64,000 bases of DNA from Narcine bancroftii (taxonomy: Eukaryota), in assembly GCF_036971445.1 (NCBI RefSeq), contig NC_091469.1, forward strand, positions 353,152,001-353,216,000. Reading direction: 5' to 3'. The notes under the pieces were generated by a model. It had not been told where the DNA came from. It saw nothing but the letters and a program-made list of their open reading frames with translations, and ran no database searches. Both the position numbers and the translations under genes were made by a program. This document shows positions 49,881 through 62,816 of this stretch, piece by piece (position 1 is the first letter of the stretch; every line of letters starts with the position of its first letter).

Positions 49881-52800
49881 AGGATCTTTACTGTACCTGA
49901 ATGGCATCGTGAAGAAAGCACGTCAGCGTCTTCCTCAGGAGTTTATGGAGGTTTCATATGACACCCTGGCAAACTTCTACGTATGTGTGGTGGAAAGTGT
50001 GCTGACCAGCTGCATCATGGTCTGGTATGGAAACACTAATACCCCTTAGTGTAAAGCCCTCCAATAGTAGTGGACACAGCCCAGGACATCACAGGTAAAA
50101 CCATCCCCACTATTGAGACCATCTACAGGGAACGCTGCTGTCTGAGGGCAGCTCCAATCGTCAAAGGCCTTCACCACCAGTGCAAGAAAGGGGTATAAGT
50201 GCCACAGACTCTCAGCAGCAGGTTCAGGAACAGTTGCTACCACTATCAGACTCCTCAACGACAAACTCAATTAGAGACTCATTTAAGGACTCTTGTGCAT
50301 TTTATTAATTTTCTTTTGTTCTTTGTGTATTACGCAATTTGTTTACATTTAATATCTGTTTACAGTTCTTTTAATTATTTACATGTTTATGCTATGTGCA
50401 GTTTATATTTTTCCACTACCAATTAGTGTTAATTCTGCCATGCCTGCAGGAAAAGGGAATCTCGGGGTTGTGTGTGCTGTCATGTATGTACTCTTGACAA
50501 TAAATCTGAAATCTAATTTGACATTTGGGTCCCACCTGCATCTTCCAGCTGTCATACCAGTGTATGAGTAATTCGGTAGTTTGTGAATTCCAGCAGCAGA
50601 GGGCAGTTTTGTCGCATCTTTGTAGATTCTTCTTTACCAGCAGTGTTGATTATGTTAGAATGGGAAAAATCGCCATGTGTTCAAGTAATACTTCAGTAAA
50701 GTAGCATTTTGGGATTTTTCAAAGTGTAAAAATAATGCTGTAATTAACAGGCATTTCACATACTGGGTCCTGCACTTACTGGAAAGTAGTACTGGAAAGT
50801 ACTGAACTTTAAGATCAGCCATGATCTCGTTGAATGGCGGAGCAGGCTCGAAGGGTCAAATGACCTACTCCTGCTCCTATCTTCTATGTTTCTATGTTTA
50901 ACAAAGCAAATTAATTTCACTTTGCAAAGTACTGACATGCTAATGCAAAGTAATGGAGGATCTTAGCAAGTCTATCAGCCTCCGTGCAGCTTGCATTTCA
51001 GGTGATGAAATTGGGAGTGTCATTTTGCTAATCCTGGGTTGGATCTGAACATTTTATTTTTAAAATAAACAGATTAATGGGTAATTTTGCAAAACAGGAT
51101 TTTGTCTGAAGGGAATAGCACAGGTAATTTTTCTTATACAAACTTTATGTGGTTTTGACTGCACATGTACAATCCACAGCCTTATCTCCAGGGATTAGCT
51201 TTCTCTGTTTCAAGTTTGTTTTTATTTTCCTATTTTTGTCTCTTCATTATCATGTATAATGTCTGCAATGCAGACTAGGTCACATGACCCATCTGGCCCA
51301 TGCTGGTGTTTGCTTCTGCACAAGGTTTGTCCCACTTCTACTTTATCTCATCCTTCTTTTCCTTTCTCCCTCCTCCGTCCAATCTTGCTCTTATTGAATC
51401 TCATCTTAAGTACATACACGTCATTTTTCTCAATTACTCTGTGATAGTGAGTTTTATATATTCCCAATAAATCTGTTTCTATTAAATTCTTCGATTATGG
51501 AGGATATTCTTAACTTGTGCAACCTGTATGGATATTGCTTTTTTCAGAAGTGGCTACATTTCTTTTTCAAACAAAAACAATTTTAACAGGCCTTTTGAGC
51601 CCATGAGCCAGTGTTACCCAACCACCCCAATTTTACCTGGAATCCCCTAACGTTTTGAAGGGTGGGAAGAAACTGAAACACCCAGAGGAAACCCATGCAG
51701 ACACAGGGAAAAATTCCTTACAGACAATACTGAATTTGAACCCAGGTCACTGGCACTGTAACAGCGTTACTCTAACTGTGTGGCCTATATTCATCCCATC
51801 CCATCAAACTCTTTCATACTTGGAAACATTAGAATTTAATTGACCATCAAACTACTATGATCAATTGGGTGAATAAACTTTATAGGTGGGCAGAGTCAGC
51901 GTCAGAACGAATCTAATTGGAAGGCATTAGGGTGGAGGGGGGGCACTAACTGCCGTTTGTCTTTCGTGTGTCGTTCTGGTGGAGGGGCACAATAACTCAT
52001 TTGGGAGGTCATGGCCTGCGAATGCCACCACCCCCCCCCACCTCCCCAAGCCAATGTCATTGTCCCTCTCGGTGGGTCTCACATGTCATTGAGGTAGGCC
52101 TTTTGGCTTTTGGTCTCCTTGCACCATAGCCTTCAGAGCCACAGCAATTTTCATAATTGTGTTGGGTCAGATTGGAGAATTTTTAGATGTGCCTCTATCT
52201 GGTTACTCAGTCTCTGACAGAACAAGAATTTGGGTGAAAGTAACTTAAATGCAGAGAACATTACAGCATAGTTCAGGCCCTTCAGCCCACAATGCTGTGC
52301 TGTCAAGGGAGACTTATTCCACAACAATTTTACCCTCTCACACCTATAAACCCTCCATATAATACACACAAACATCCCATATTTTTCCCTTTTGTACTTA
52401 ATGCTATAGCACTTTTTTGCCAGTATGCTTTGCTGACCAGTAGCAACACCTCAGACTGGGGCCAGATTAAGAAGAGGCATGTGTAGATTCCAACAGAAAT
52501 ATACAGAGAGTTAAACCAGAAAGTCTGCAGATGCTGTGATTGTAGTTAACACAAAATTGCTGGCAAAACACAGCATTCTTTATGTAGCAAAGGTAAAGAT
52601 ACATAACCAATGTTTTGGGCCTGAGCCCTTCATCAAGGTATGAGCAAAATGTAGACAGGTGCCTAAACAAAATGGAGGGGGGGAGGAGCACAGGGCCACA
52701 GGCAAGAGGTCATAGGTGGATATGAGCTGGAAGGTATAAGAGGGAAAAAAAAGCTGAGAAGTGATGGGGGCGGGAAAAGCTTTCTGAATAGAGAGGGAAA

Positions 52801-53228
52801 GGAGTGGAAAGCTGGAGGAAAGGAGACTGAGGGAGAGGGGAGACAGGAGAGTGGCCTAACAGAAACCAGAGAAGTAATTGTTAACACCATCTGGCTGAAG
52901 AGTGCCGAAACAGATATTAGGTGTTGCTCCTCCAATTTACCAGTGGCCTTGGTTTGACAGTGCATGAGGCCAAGAACAGGCATTAAAATAGTTGGTCACT
53001 GAGAGATCCCTGCCATTGATGCAGACAGAGAAAAGTGATCTGTGAAGCAATCTCATAGTCTGCATTAGGTCTCTCCGATGTAGAGAAGATCACAAGAGGA
53101 GCACCAGATGCAGTAGATGACCCCCACAGATTCGCAAGTGAAGTGTTGCTTCTCTTGGACTGTTTGGGCCCTGAATGGTGGTGTTTGGCATAAGTGTAGC
53201 ACTTTCTACTGTCACAAGGGTAGATACC

Positions 53229-56186
53229 TGTGAGTGCTGCTTTGCAAATAATTCTGTCGCAAAGTCCACAGACTGTACAACAGGCTTTAATTAGCTTAAA
53301 CTTGTACACACCAGTCTCAGTATCTTCCTGGCTCCATGTGTCTGACTGTCCCCGAAGGGGCCAGCTTGAGTCTTTATAAGGGCTGGGATTGACAGACGGC
53401 AGGTGGGGCCAGCCTCTCAGGTTACCCACCTTCAGGTACAGTGGTTGCCCCTGCAGTAGGCTGGTAGGAGTGCGGCCAGTGTACTGGTTGTATCACCACA
53501 TTCACCCCCTTAAAATGAACCCTGGGGGTGGGGTTACTGAGTAGTATCTACAAGTTCAGGCTGTCTGGCAGTTGTCTGTGCTTCTGGGACTGCTGCAGGA
53601 CAGGCTCTTGGTCAATGGTCAGTAGGGACAGGGCTGCCTGAGGGCTGGCTGGGTTTGGGCAGGATGGTGTCTGGCAGAGTGGGGGTGTCGGTGGGGAGCA
53701 GGTTTGCGGGGAGTGGGGCCCTCTGGAGAGGCAGAGGTACCAGAGGGAGTAGTAAGAAAAGAGCCCTCGGCACCTGCGGAGGGTCTTGAAAATATGGGGG
53801 AGGGGCAATACCATTAGGGGGCGCATGTATTCAGGATCGGGACCGATGACACTATGTTCCATGATGCTCCCCAGGATGGTGAGGCGGGTGGTCCTGAACA
53901 CTCACTTCTACCTGTAGAAGGTGAGGTTTAGTGCTTCTGCCATCCGGAGGAATCTCTCCAGGTTGGCATCGTGGCCGCAGATGGTGACATTGTCCAGGTA
54001 CGGGAAAGTCACTCTTAGATTGTGCTGCTCTACCATGCAGTCCATCTCCTGCTGAAACATGGAAACTCCATTTGTGACCCCAAACGGGACCCGGTGGAAC
54101 TGGAAGAGGCGTCTGTCTGCCTCAAACGCAGTATAAGGTTTATTTTGGGCATGGATGAGGAGCTGATGATAGGCCAACTTCAGGTTAATCGTGGCAAAAA
54201 CCCTGTACTGGCCTATCTTGTTGACCATGTCGTCGATGCAGGGCAGTGGTTAGGCATCCAGCTGGATGTACTGGTTGATGGTCTGACTATAGTTGATGAC
54301 CATCCTCTGTTTGCTGCTTCCTTTTACAACAAGGACCTGGGCTCTCCAGGAGGTGGTGCTGGGCTCTATAACTCCTTCCGCCAGAATCTGTCTCACCTTT
54401 GCCTTGATAAAGGTTCTGTCGGCTACACAGGTAGTTGAAGAGGGATGGAGCGGGCACCTGCAGGTGGTCTGAGGGCAGTCGCTGGACTTTGTGCTGTGGA
54501 TGGTGAGTGGGGGGAGTGGGCCACCAAAGGTAAGGGTGAGACTGTGGAGGTAACACTGGAAGTCCAGTCAAGTTCACTGAGCAGCACCCTAGTGCCGAGA
54601 TGGAGTGGTCCTTGGCCGCAAAAGCGATAGTGAAGTTTGCTGGGTATACTTTGAGTTTCAGTGTACGGATCACATTTGGGTGCACAAAGCTCTCAGTACT
54701 ACTGCTATCAAACAGGGATTTTATTACCTTCCATTTGACAGCTATGTCCATCATCGAGCGCCCGAGTCAATGGGGAATGTCTTCCTTTAGTGTGGTGGAC
54801 ACTAGGACTGCCTCGGGGACTGAGTTGCTGTTCCCTGATGGTTGTGGCGAGTAGCAGCCAGTGGGTGTCTTTAGGAGCATGGGGCGCAATGAGTGAGCAG
54901 TTTTGTTTGCATGTGTGTTGACCACGCTGTCTGGTCGGTGAGTTGGGGTGGGTGGGGGTCGGCTGGCCCATGATGTAAACGGACATGGCTTCAGCGTGGT
55001 TGGTTGACCTGGCTGTAGGTGATGTCGTCGGTATGGGCGGAAGTTGGATGGTTGGGCCAGACGTGACATCATAGGTGACATCATAGGTAGGGGCGTGGTA
55101 ATGGCGCTGCCCAGCATTCACACGTGGGGGCGCCGAGAGAGTTGGAAGGTGCTCCTGGTCAGTCGTGGATAGCTGTAGCATTCCCAGTGGGTTTGGAGAG
55201 GTACACTTTAGCGAAGTGGCCTTTCGTGCCACGTCAGGAGCAATGCGAGTTCCTCACAGGGGAGTTCTTTCGGGAGCGCCTGTCCAACCCATGCCAGGAC
55301 CCACAGTACTTGGAGTGATGGACTGCGTTGGCAGTGGCAATTGTCTCTTCCATGTGGGGCCCCTCAGTGACTGCTGTTGTCGATGTCAGCCAGGCTGGAG
55401 GTTGGGGGAGGTGAGGATCGAAGACCTTTCCATGGTGAGCTGCAGCTTCTAGGGAGCGGTTCACCTCCATGATCCTGGTAAGGGAAGCATTATTCTCCTC
55501 CAACAGTCTCTGTTGAACCGCCGTCGACTGGAACACTCGCACATAGGCATCTCAGATGAGTCGCTCCACCTCCCTAGCAGTCACCCCAGCTTCAATCATA
55601 CACAGGCGAGCTAGTTCTTGCTGTGCCCCCAGGTAAGCATTTGTCATCTTGCCTGGCTGCTGTACCCTGATGCTGAGCAGGTACCAGGTGTAGTGTATGT
55701 TTGTCGGGGGCTGGTACGTGCCTTCCAGGACAACCATTGCTGCTTCAAAATCCATGGAAAATGTGCATAGTACCATGAGTTTCTTCTGGTTAGTGTTGTT
55801 GACCTCAGCCTGTGTGTGGATGATCACATGATTCCAGATCTTGAAGTATGTTGGAGCGTCTGGATGTTGAGAGTCAATATCCAGCTCTCGAAGGTGAGGA
55901 GCTTCTCCATGGTCATTTTAATTTTAAGCTAATTAAATTGTGAGCGCTGCTGCACAAATAGTTCTGACGCAAAGTCCACAAACCATATAACAGGCTTTAA
56001 TTAGCTTAAACTTGTACACCAATCTCAGTATACTGCTGGGTCCACATGTCTGACTGTCTCGAAGGGGCCAGCTTGAGTCTTTATACAGGCTGGTGATTGA
56101 CAACTGGCAGGTGGGGCCAGCCTCCCAGGTTACCCCCTGCACTAGGCTGGAAGGAGTGTGGCCAGTGTAGTGGTTGATTTACCATA
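53229..56186 (-). mobile_element. Internally deleted Gypsy LTR retrotransposon, same clade as 16327-21091
   Basis: LTRs at 55939-56186 (5') and 53229-53500 (3'); PPT AAGGGGGTGAA; gag ATG at 55910 (MEKLL..LDIDSQHPDA); protease LFDSSS; RT RVPFGVTNGVSMFQ, FPYLDNV. RNase H and integrase absent; no clear TSD. Confidence 0.92.
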
Positions 56187-56769
56187 TTGTGGGAAAAAAG
56201 GCCAAGAGAAAACCTACAACTGCCCTGGGATAAAGCCAAAGGCTGCCCCTGCTGACACTGGCTCTGCTCCTCCCCCACTGGAAACAGTCTCTCCTGCCCT
56301 CAAGGCTGAGCTCAGAAACTTGCTAAGACAGGAACTGGGCCATTTGTGCCACAAGGAACCCTCACCCATGGGGTGACTCTTATAGGATGAAGGCCAGGGA
56401 CCTCAGCACATTTTTTCCATTGCCCATTCCTGCCTGGGGGATCTGAGGCCACAAATACCTGTAACAATCTTAATAGTTCCTTTCCTGGAATGTATTCTAG
56501 GGATTAATGTTTAAAAGGAACAGTCCCTTTACACTAAGAGAGGCAAGTTTACATTCGGGGTTGCATGAGCTACAATTGTAGCTGGGGCAGCCAAAGGGGA
56601 ACCAGTTGTTCTACTCTTTCCCCCTCCCCCCCCCACCCCCTCCAAGATTGTCTGTAGCCCACAGTACAGTCCTTGCAGCTTTCTTTTCCATTCCATTCCT
56701 CCAGTTCAACTCACGAGCAATTTGCATTTACTTGGGATAAGAGATAAGACACATTCCAGTCACACTCTT

Positions 56770-59550
56770 ATTTTTTAAATATTTTATTTTTGATTTTCCA
56801 TTATTAAACCAGAAGAACACATAATTGACTGTTATAGAGCATATCAATATCTTCCAGCAGTCTACTTGTACATGATGTTTCTCCCTCCCCCATTCCCACC
56901 CACCCCCCCCCAGAGAGAGAAGGAAAAGTGGAGATACCAAGAGAAAAAGAAAGAGGGGATGGGTGTGGCATTGGCACTTCCAGTGTGTATCTATAGAAGC
57001 TGTGAAGCCACTCCCTTGTATAGCTACTTTTCTTAATCCATCTATCGGTGAATTCCTTTAAGTCTTTCTGTCGGGTGTGGCTACAGTCGTGCTCCTGTGT
57101 ACTTCAGATATGGCTGCCATATTTTACCAAAGGTGCTGTGTCAGTTTCTGAAATTATACATAATTTTATCAATGTGAATACAGCTTATGCATCTCAGTAA
57201 TCCACTTGCTGATAGGAAGAGGGGAGTCAGACTTCCAGATTATCACTGTGCATTTTTTTTTGCTATGGCCAAAGATATAAATACAAATGGAATTTAGAAT
57301 TTGGTTAATTTGTAGTTGTTGTCCATAAGGTTCCCTAGTAGATATAACATTGGGTCTGGTTGGAAGGTTAACCTTCATTTTTCTATTTAGAATGTCGGCC
57401 AAATCCTGGCAAAATGGGACTACCTTTGCGCAGAACTAGGTTGCATGAACAAATGTTCCCTGCTCCACTCCACACCTGAACTACATTTCTGACGCCTCTG
57501 GTTTTGCCTTGTGGATTTTTTCTGTTATGAGGTTGTAATGGAGGATTTAGACTAGCTTATGAAAGAAGGGATGCAGTTGCATCCAGAAGACATAATCTCA
57601 ATTCCACTATGAGCCCCAGGATGCATATTTAGTAGACACACCTAAATTCCACTATGGGGCCCAGGATGCAGTTGAATAGGAAGACATTCTCTAAATTTAC
57701 ACTATGGGGCCCAGGGATGCATATGAATCAGTAGACATTATCCAACTTCCACCATGAGGCCCAGAGATGCAGTTGTCTTTTGTTGGTCGCAGACTGTCAG
57801 GAGACCTTAAAGATAATTAAATCATTTATTCAAAGAGATAAGCTATGAGTAAACAATTTTTGGGTAATATAAGCAATGGTCCCACTGCTGAAGTTTGAGA
57901 CTCTCCAAGAGGTGGCAACATCTCTCAGCAAGAAGAAGAACTTCAAGATTCCAAACCGACGTCCCTGTCCGGGGAGGTGGAGAAGCTGCTACCAGCGCCC
58001 AGACACCTACTACAAGGGTGCAGTCGTCGCCTCGCTTTGGCAGTTGGGACCAGTCCAGGTATTGATAAGTATAATTGGGAAGGGCTTGCAAATAGTAGTG
58101 TGAATTCAGCTTTAGATTTAGTAATAAAGACTTGTATAAACTGAACTGCTCTCGGTGTGTGTGTCTATTTTCTTTTGGTAGCTCGAACACTGTGACCAAT
58201 CTAAAACGAACAAAGTGAGAGGTACAAGTTTACCCAAGACAGAGGTTGAGCTGGTACAGGAAGTTGTATTGGACCAGTCTGTGACTAGAGTTGATAACTG
58301 TCTTTACACCAGTCTGATCAACATCTTTCATCAATTGCAATGCCCAAGTCTGACTCTCACCTCTCTTGATCTGTGTAGCCCCTGCTTAGGGCTTTCACCT
58401 TGGAGTACCGAGTACATTCTTGAAGTAAACTTGGGTGTGTTTCTCAGTCGAAGCATCCCTTCAACTTCACTAGATATAGGCGGGGTCATTGAAGGGCCCA
58501 ACCTATCCCTTAGAAATGATCTTAACTGGAGGAAACAGTGAAAGGTCCCACGAGACAAATCGTATTTGCCCCTTAGCTGTTCCCTTCGTAGCAGTCCTCA
58601 ATATGTCAGATCCCCTTCAGGTACCAAATCTCCAAGATTTTATTGCCCTTGTTCACGTGCATCAATTCATTTTGAATCAATGGTGTCTTAGACAATATTT
58701 CCACTTTCTTTCCAATACATTCATTGATCTTGTACCAGATTTTAATCGGATGTTTCAGTATGGGGTTATCCGTTTTTTTCTATTAATTTGGCATCTCATT
58801 TGTATATGAAATCTTTCGCCATCCTCTCCTCCATTGCGTGCAATCCCACTTGCACCCAAGTGGGAGGTTCCCCTTCCTCAAAGAAGGATGCAAGGAACTT
58901 CGACTGAGCTGCTAGATAATATTTCTTAAAATCAGACAACCTTCGTTCCTCCAAACTGAAGTCCCATGTCAATTTTTTCTAGGCTATTCTGGGTATTTTT
59001 CCATTCCAAATAAATTTCCTTATATTGCCATTCAACACCTGGAAAAAAAAATGTCGCAATGGAATTTTCAAAGATTGGAAGAGGTATTTGAGTCCCAGCA
59101 TCACCCTCATCTTTATGCAGTTGACCCTTCCTATTAAGGTGATGGGCAGATCCCTCCATCTCATTTAAGATGCTCTCAATCTTCTCAAGCACAGGGGGCA
59201 AGTTGAGTTTGTATATGTTTTTCAGGTTACTATCAATTATGATTCCTAGGTATTTTATAGCTCTTGCCTGCCAACTTTCTTTGGTATTCTTTGTAGCCAA
59301 ATTTATATAGTGGCATGATGTTGCTTTTCTCTATGTTGGCTTTATAGCTCAATATTGTACCATTGTCCTCCAATGTGGTGAGCAATTTTGGCAAAGATCC
59401 GGCCTGGTCTGTTAGGTACAGCAATGTATTATCTTCCATTAGATTTATCTTGTGCTCGCACTGACCCACCTTGAATCCTTCTATCACTGGATTATTTGCT
59501 GATGGCCACTGCCAATGGTTCAATTGCTAAGAGGAACAGCCCTGGAGACA
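56770..59550 (-). mobile_element. L1-clade LINE 3' half, degenerate, with nested LTR
   Basis: IKYLGI, WRDLPITLIGRVNCIKM, KFIWNGKIPRIA and IWKSDSPLPISKWITEM motifs. Confidence 0.85.
57534..58241 (+). mobile_element. Solo LTR (708 bp; ERV- or Gypsy-type) with about 48-bp U3 tandem repeats
   Basis: TGTAATG...AAGACA; perfect TSD GAGGT (57529-57533, 58242-58246); excision restores L1 peptide LYQLNLITEKIH; AATAAA near 58123. Confidence 0.88.
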
Positions 59551-60184
59551 GACTTTTCAGTCTGGCATTCAGTTGTTGTCCAGAGTTCCGATCTTGGTCA
59601 CCAGCAATCACATTGCTTCTAGAACATCTTAGACAAGCCTGATGTCGCAAACTTCATCCTCGCACCTTGTGTGCTAGGGCCTGCTGCCACTGTGGGTTGC
59701 CAGAGATGAGTGAGTTTTCATTCGATGTTTCTGTTGCTTCGAGCTGGTCTCAAACTTCTGTTGCCTTCTTCTTGATCTTCCTGCCCATCTTGCTTCAGCG
59801 TGTGGGTAAGTTTAATTTATTTTAGATGATGTCTTCCTTATTTTAGAGGATTTTAGACAAGAACTCTCTGGGCATGTCTTTTCAGCCTCTCAGCATCATG
59901 TGACTCCCACATTCACACACTGTCACAGTTTTTAAATCTGCTGAATATCATTATACCAATGTTTCAAGGCCTTTCACATGCTAATCTCCCTCAGGCAAGT
60001 GGGGTGGAGGGGTGGGCTGACTCGTGAATATTGAAAATTTGCAATGCCCCAGACAGAATGCCCTGTTTCCAAGGATACAATGGTGCTCAGGTCAAAGAGA
60101 TATTTTGGAGACTGCCAAGAAACTTTAAATTTTGCCATCCTCTCAAATAAAACAGACACCCAGAGCCTTGTGAGCCTCCTAAGT

Positions 60185-61238
60185 TATTGGCACCTGCAAG
60201 CTCACACCAAGACACAAGAGCAACTTGTCCATGAACTACTCTTTGCAGACGATGCCACTTTAGTTGCCCATTCAGAGCCAGCTCTCCAGCGCATGACGTC
60301 CTGTTTTGTGGGAACTGCCAAAATTTTTGGCCTGGAAGTCAGCCTGAAGAAAACTGAGGTCCTCCATCAGCCAGCTCCCCATCATGACTACCAGCCCACC
60401 CACATCTCCATTGGGCACACTGAACTCAAAACCGTCAACCAGTTTACCTACCTCGGCTGCACCATTTCATCTGATGCAAGGATCGACAAAGAAATAGACA
60501 ACAGACTCGCCAAGACAAAATGCGCCTTTGGAAGACTACACAAATGAGTCTGGAAAAACAACCACCTGAAGAAACACACAAAGATCAGCGTGTACAGAAC
60601 CATTGTCATACCCACACTCCTGTTCGGCTCCGAATCATGGGTTCTCTACCGGTATCACCTAAGGTTCCTAGAACACTTCCATCAGCGCTGTCTCCGCTCC
60701 ATCCTCAACATTCATTGGAATGACTTCATCACCAACATCGAAGTACTCGAGCTGGCAGAGTCCGCAAGCATCGAATCCATGTTGCTGAAGACCCAACTGC
60801 GCTGGGTGGGTCACGTCTCCAGAATGGAGGACCATTGCCTTCCCAAGATCGTGTGCTATGGCAAGCTCTCCACTGGCCATCGTGTCAGAGGTGCACCAAA
60901 GAAGAGGTACAAGGACTGCCGAAAGAAATCTCTTGGTGCCTGCCACATTGACCACCGCCAGTGGGCTGATATCACCTCCAACCGTGCATCTTGGTGCCTC
61001 ACAGTTCGGCGGGCAGCAACCTCCTTTGAAGAAGACCGCAGAACCCACCTCACTGACAAAAGTCAAAGGAGGAAAAACCCAACACCCAACCCTAACCAAC
61101 CAATTTTCCCTTGCAACCGCTGCAAACGTGCCTGCCTGTCCCGCATCAGACTTGTCAGTCACCAAAGAGCCTGCAGCAGACGTGGACATATTCCTCCATA
61201 AATCTTCGTCCGCGAAGCCAAGCCAAAGAAAAAGAAAA
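60185..61238 (+). mobile_element. RTE-clade LINE, 5'-truncated, little diverged
   Basis: ELLFADDATLVAHSE, FGLEVSLKKTEVLHQP, FTYLG, PTLLFGSESW, QLRWVGHVSRM and a C-terminal CxxC..SH zinc motif; one in-frame stop near 60545; GAAA-type tail. Confidence 0.92.
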
Positions 61239-61766
61239 CATATCTCACCTTTCCATGCTCTTTAAACCACCCTATAGGGTGGTTTCTCCCATTAGAAACC
61301 CACATTCCAATGGGGACCAGACAACAGACTACTTTTGACACAGCTGTTGAACAAGCACTGCCAATCCCCTCCCTTCAAGCAGGTGCTACTTTTACATTAC
61401 AGATCTTGGCCAGTGAGGTGGTTGCTGAATGGAACCTCTTGGAGAAGGTTCAAGGGTGCAGAGTCCTGCTAGTCTTCTGGACAAAATCTCCACCTGCTGT
61501 TGCCACTCGCTAAAACCCATTCGATACCGGGACATCAGTCAACACTTTCCTCAGGATCGCTTATGATTTAGCTACACCTAGACAGTGACACTGAACTGAC
61601 TACTGACCAACAAAACAGTATGCAAAAAAAGTCTCAGCAAGAGAACAGCTGTTGCTATGGAAATTTTGTTATTGGACATTCTATCTTATTAAGTCTTTGT
61701 AATTTTTAAAAAATGACACCCTTAGCTGTGGTTTTACTATGCATAATGTCTCTAAGCACACTCAGA

Positions 61767-62816
61767 AGCCCCTTTCACACTTGCCTCCCACTAAATTGGC
61801 TGTTCAGTGTCCTGGAATAGGAATGGGCATTTGGCTTTTCATACTTGACCAATCCTAAATGGGACTCTGAACGCTTTCATACTTGCAAAGAGCCATCCCT
61901 GGGTTAGGACTGTTCCACCTTCTGCTGGTGAGGTCATGATGCATCGAGTGATGGTGGTCTTGCCCTAAATCCTGATCAATGTGTTATGATCTTATATTTG
62001 AATAAAATTAATTGTGCATAATTAAGCTTCATGTATGAGCCCTTCAGCTCCTGTTGTTGTTGTTGTGCCGACCTATATAATAAACCTTTATAAGGGACCG
62101 TGGAAAGTGCTAGCAATAAATGAGAATAGCGGACAATTTTTAAACAGGGTGGGAAAGTTGGTAGTGCTATAGGGCTCCATTTATACAGTGTGGGAAAGTT
62201 TGTAGGGCTATAACGCATAATTTATATAGCATGGGAAAATTGGTAGCACTATAGTGTACAATTTATAAATACTGTGGGGATTAAACGATGGCAGATCTGC
62301 CCTCCCAGAATCCCATGGGGCAGAGAAAGGCCCAGAATGCCCGGCTGTATACATGGAGCATTCATAGAGGGGTTTCGTGGCCACATGGTATTCTGGGAAT
62401 TCAGGTCTGCTATTTCTCCCCCCCCCCCCCCCCCCACAGTATTTATAAATTGTGTGCTCTAGCGCTACCAATTTTCCCATGCTATTTAAAAATGGTCCGC
62501 TATTGCTATTTATTGCTGTTTATTGTTATTTATTTCCTCCCTTTCTCTCTCTCTTCCTCCCACTACGATTTTCCCACGGCAAAGTTTATACCTTTTTAAT
62601 CTTCCTGCACTCGTGCAAAAATTTGGGTAATTTCAATCCCACAATGCAATTACCCCTTTCACACTTGCCTGATTGCAACGTTGGCATCTGTCGTCAATCC
62701 TCAGCGTGAGATGATGTCATGTGACACCAGTGTTGAGCTGATTTCACTTTCACACTTGCCACTTTAAAGGCCGTTGGTGTTTGATTTATGAGATCACTTG
62801 CAAGTGTGAAAGGACT
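61767..62816. mobile_element. PIF/Harbinger-like non-autonomous element
   Basis: TIRs AGCCCCTTTCACACTTGC / GCAAGTGTGAAAGGACT; internal TTTCAyACTTG repeats. Confidence 0.65.

Larger units (their letters stand above)
47935..50520 (+). mobile_element. Two consecutive Rex1/Babar-like LINE 3' fragments (about 47935-49220 and 49330-50520)
   Basis: AIKFADDTTVVGLISNNDELHYREEV; GDES|AYRREIENLAEWC..NNLAFNVSKSKELIV; LRNSF motifs; GACAATAAA tails. Confidence 0.85.
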
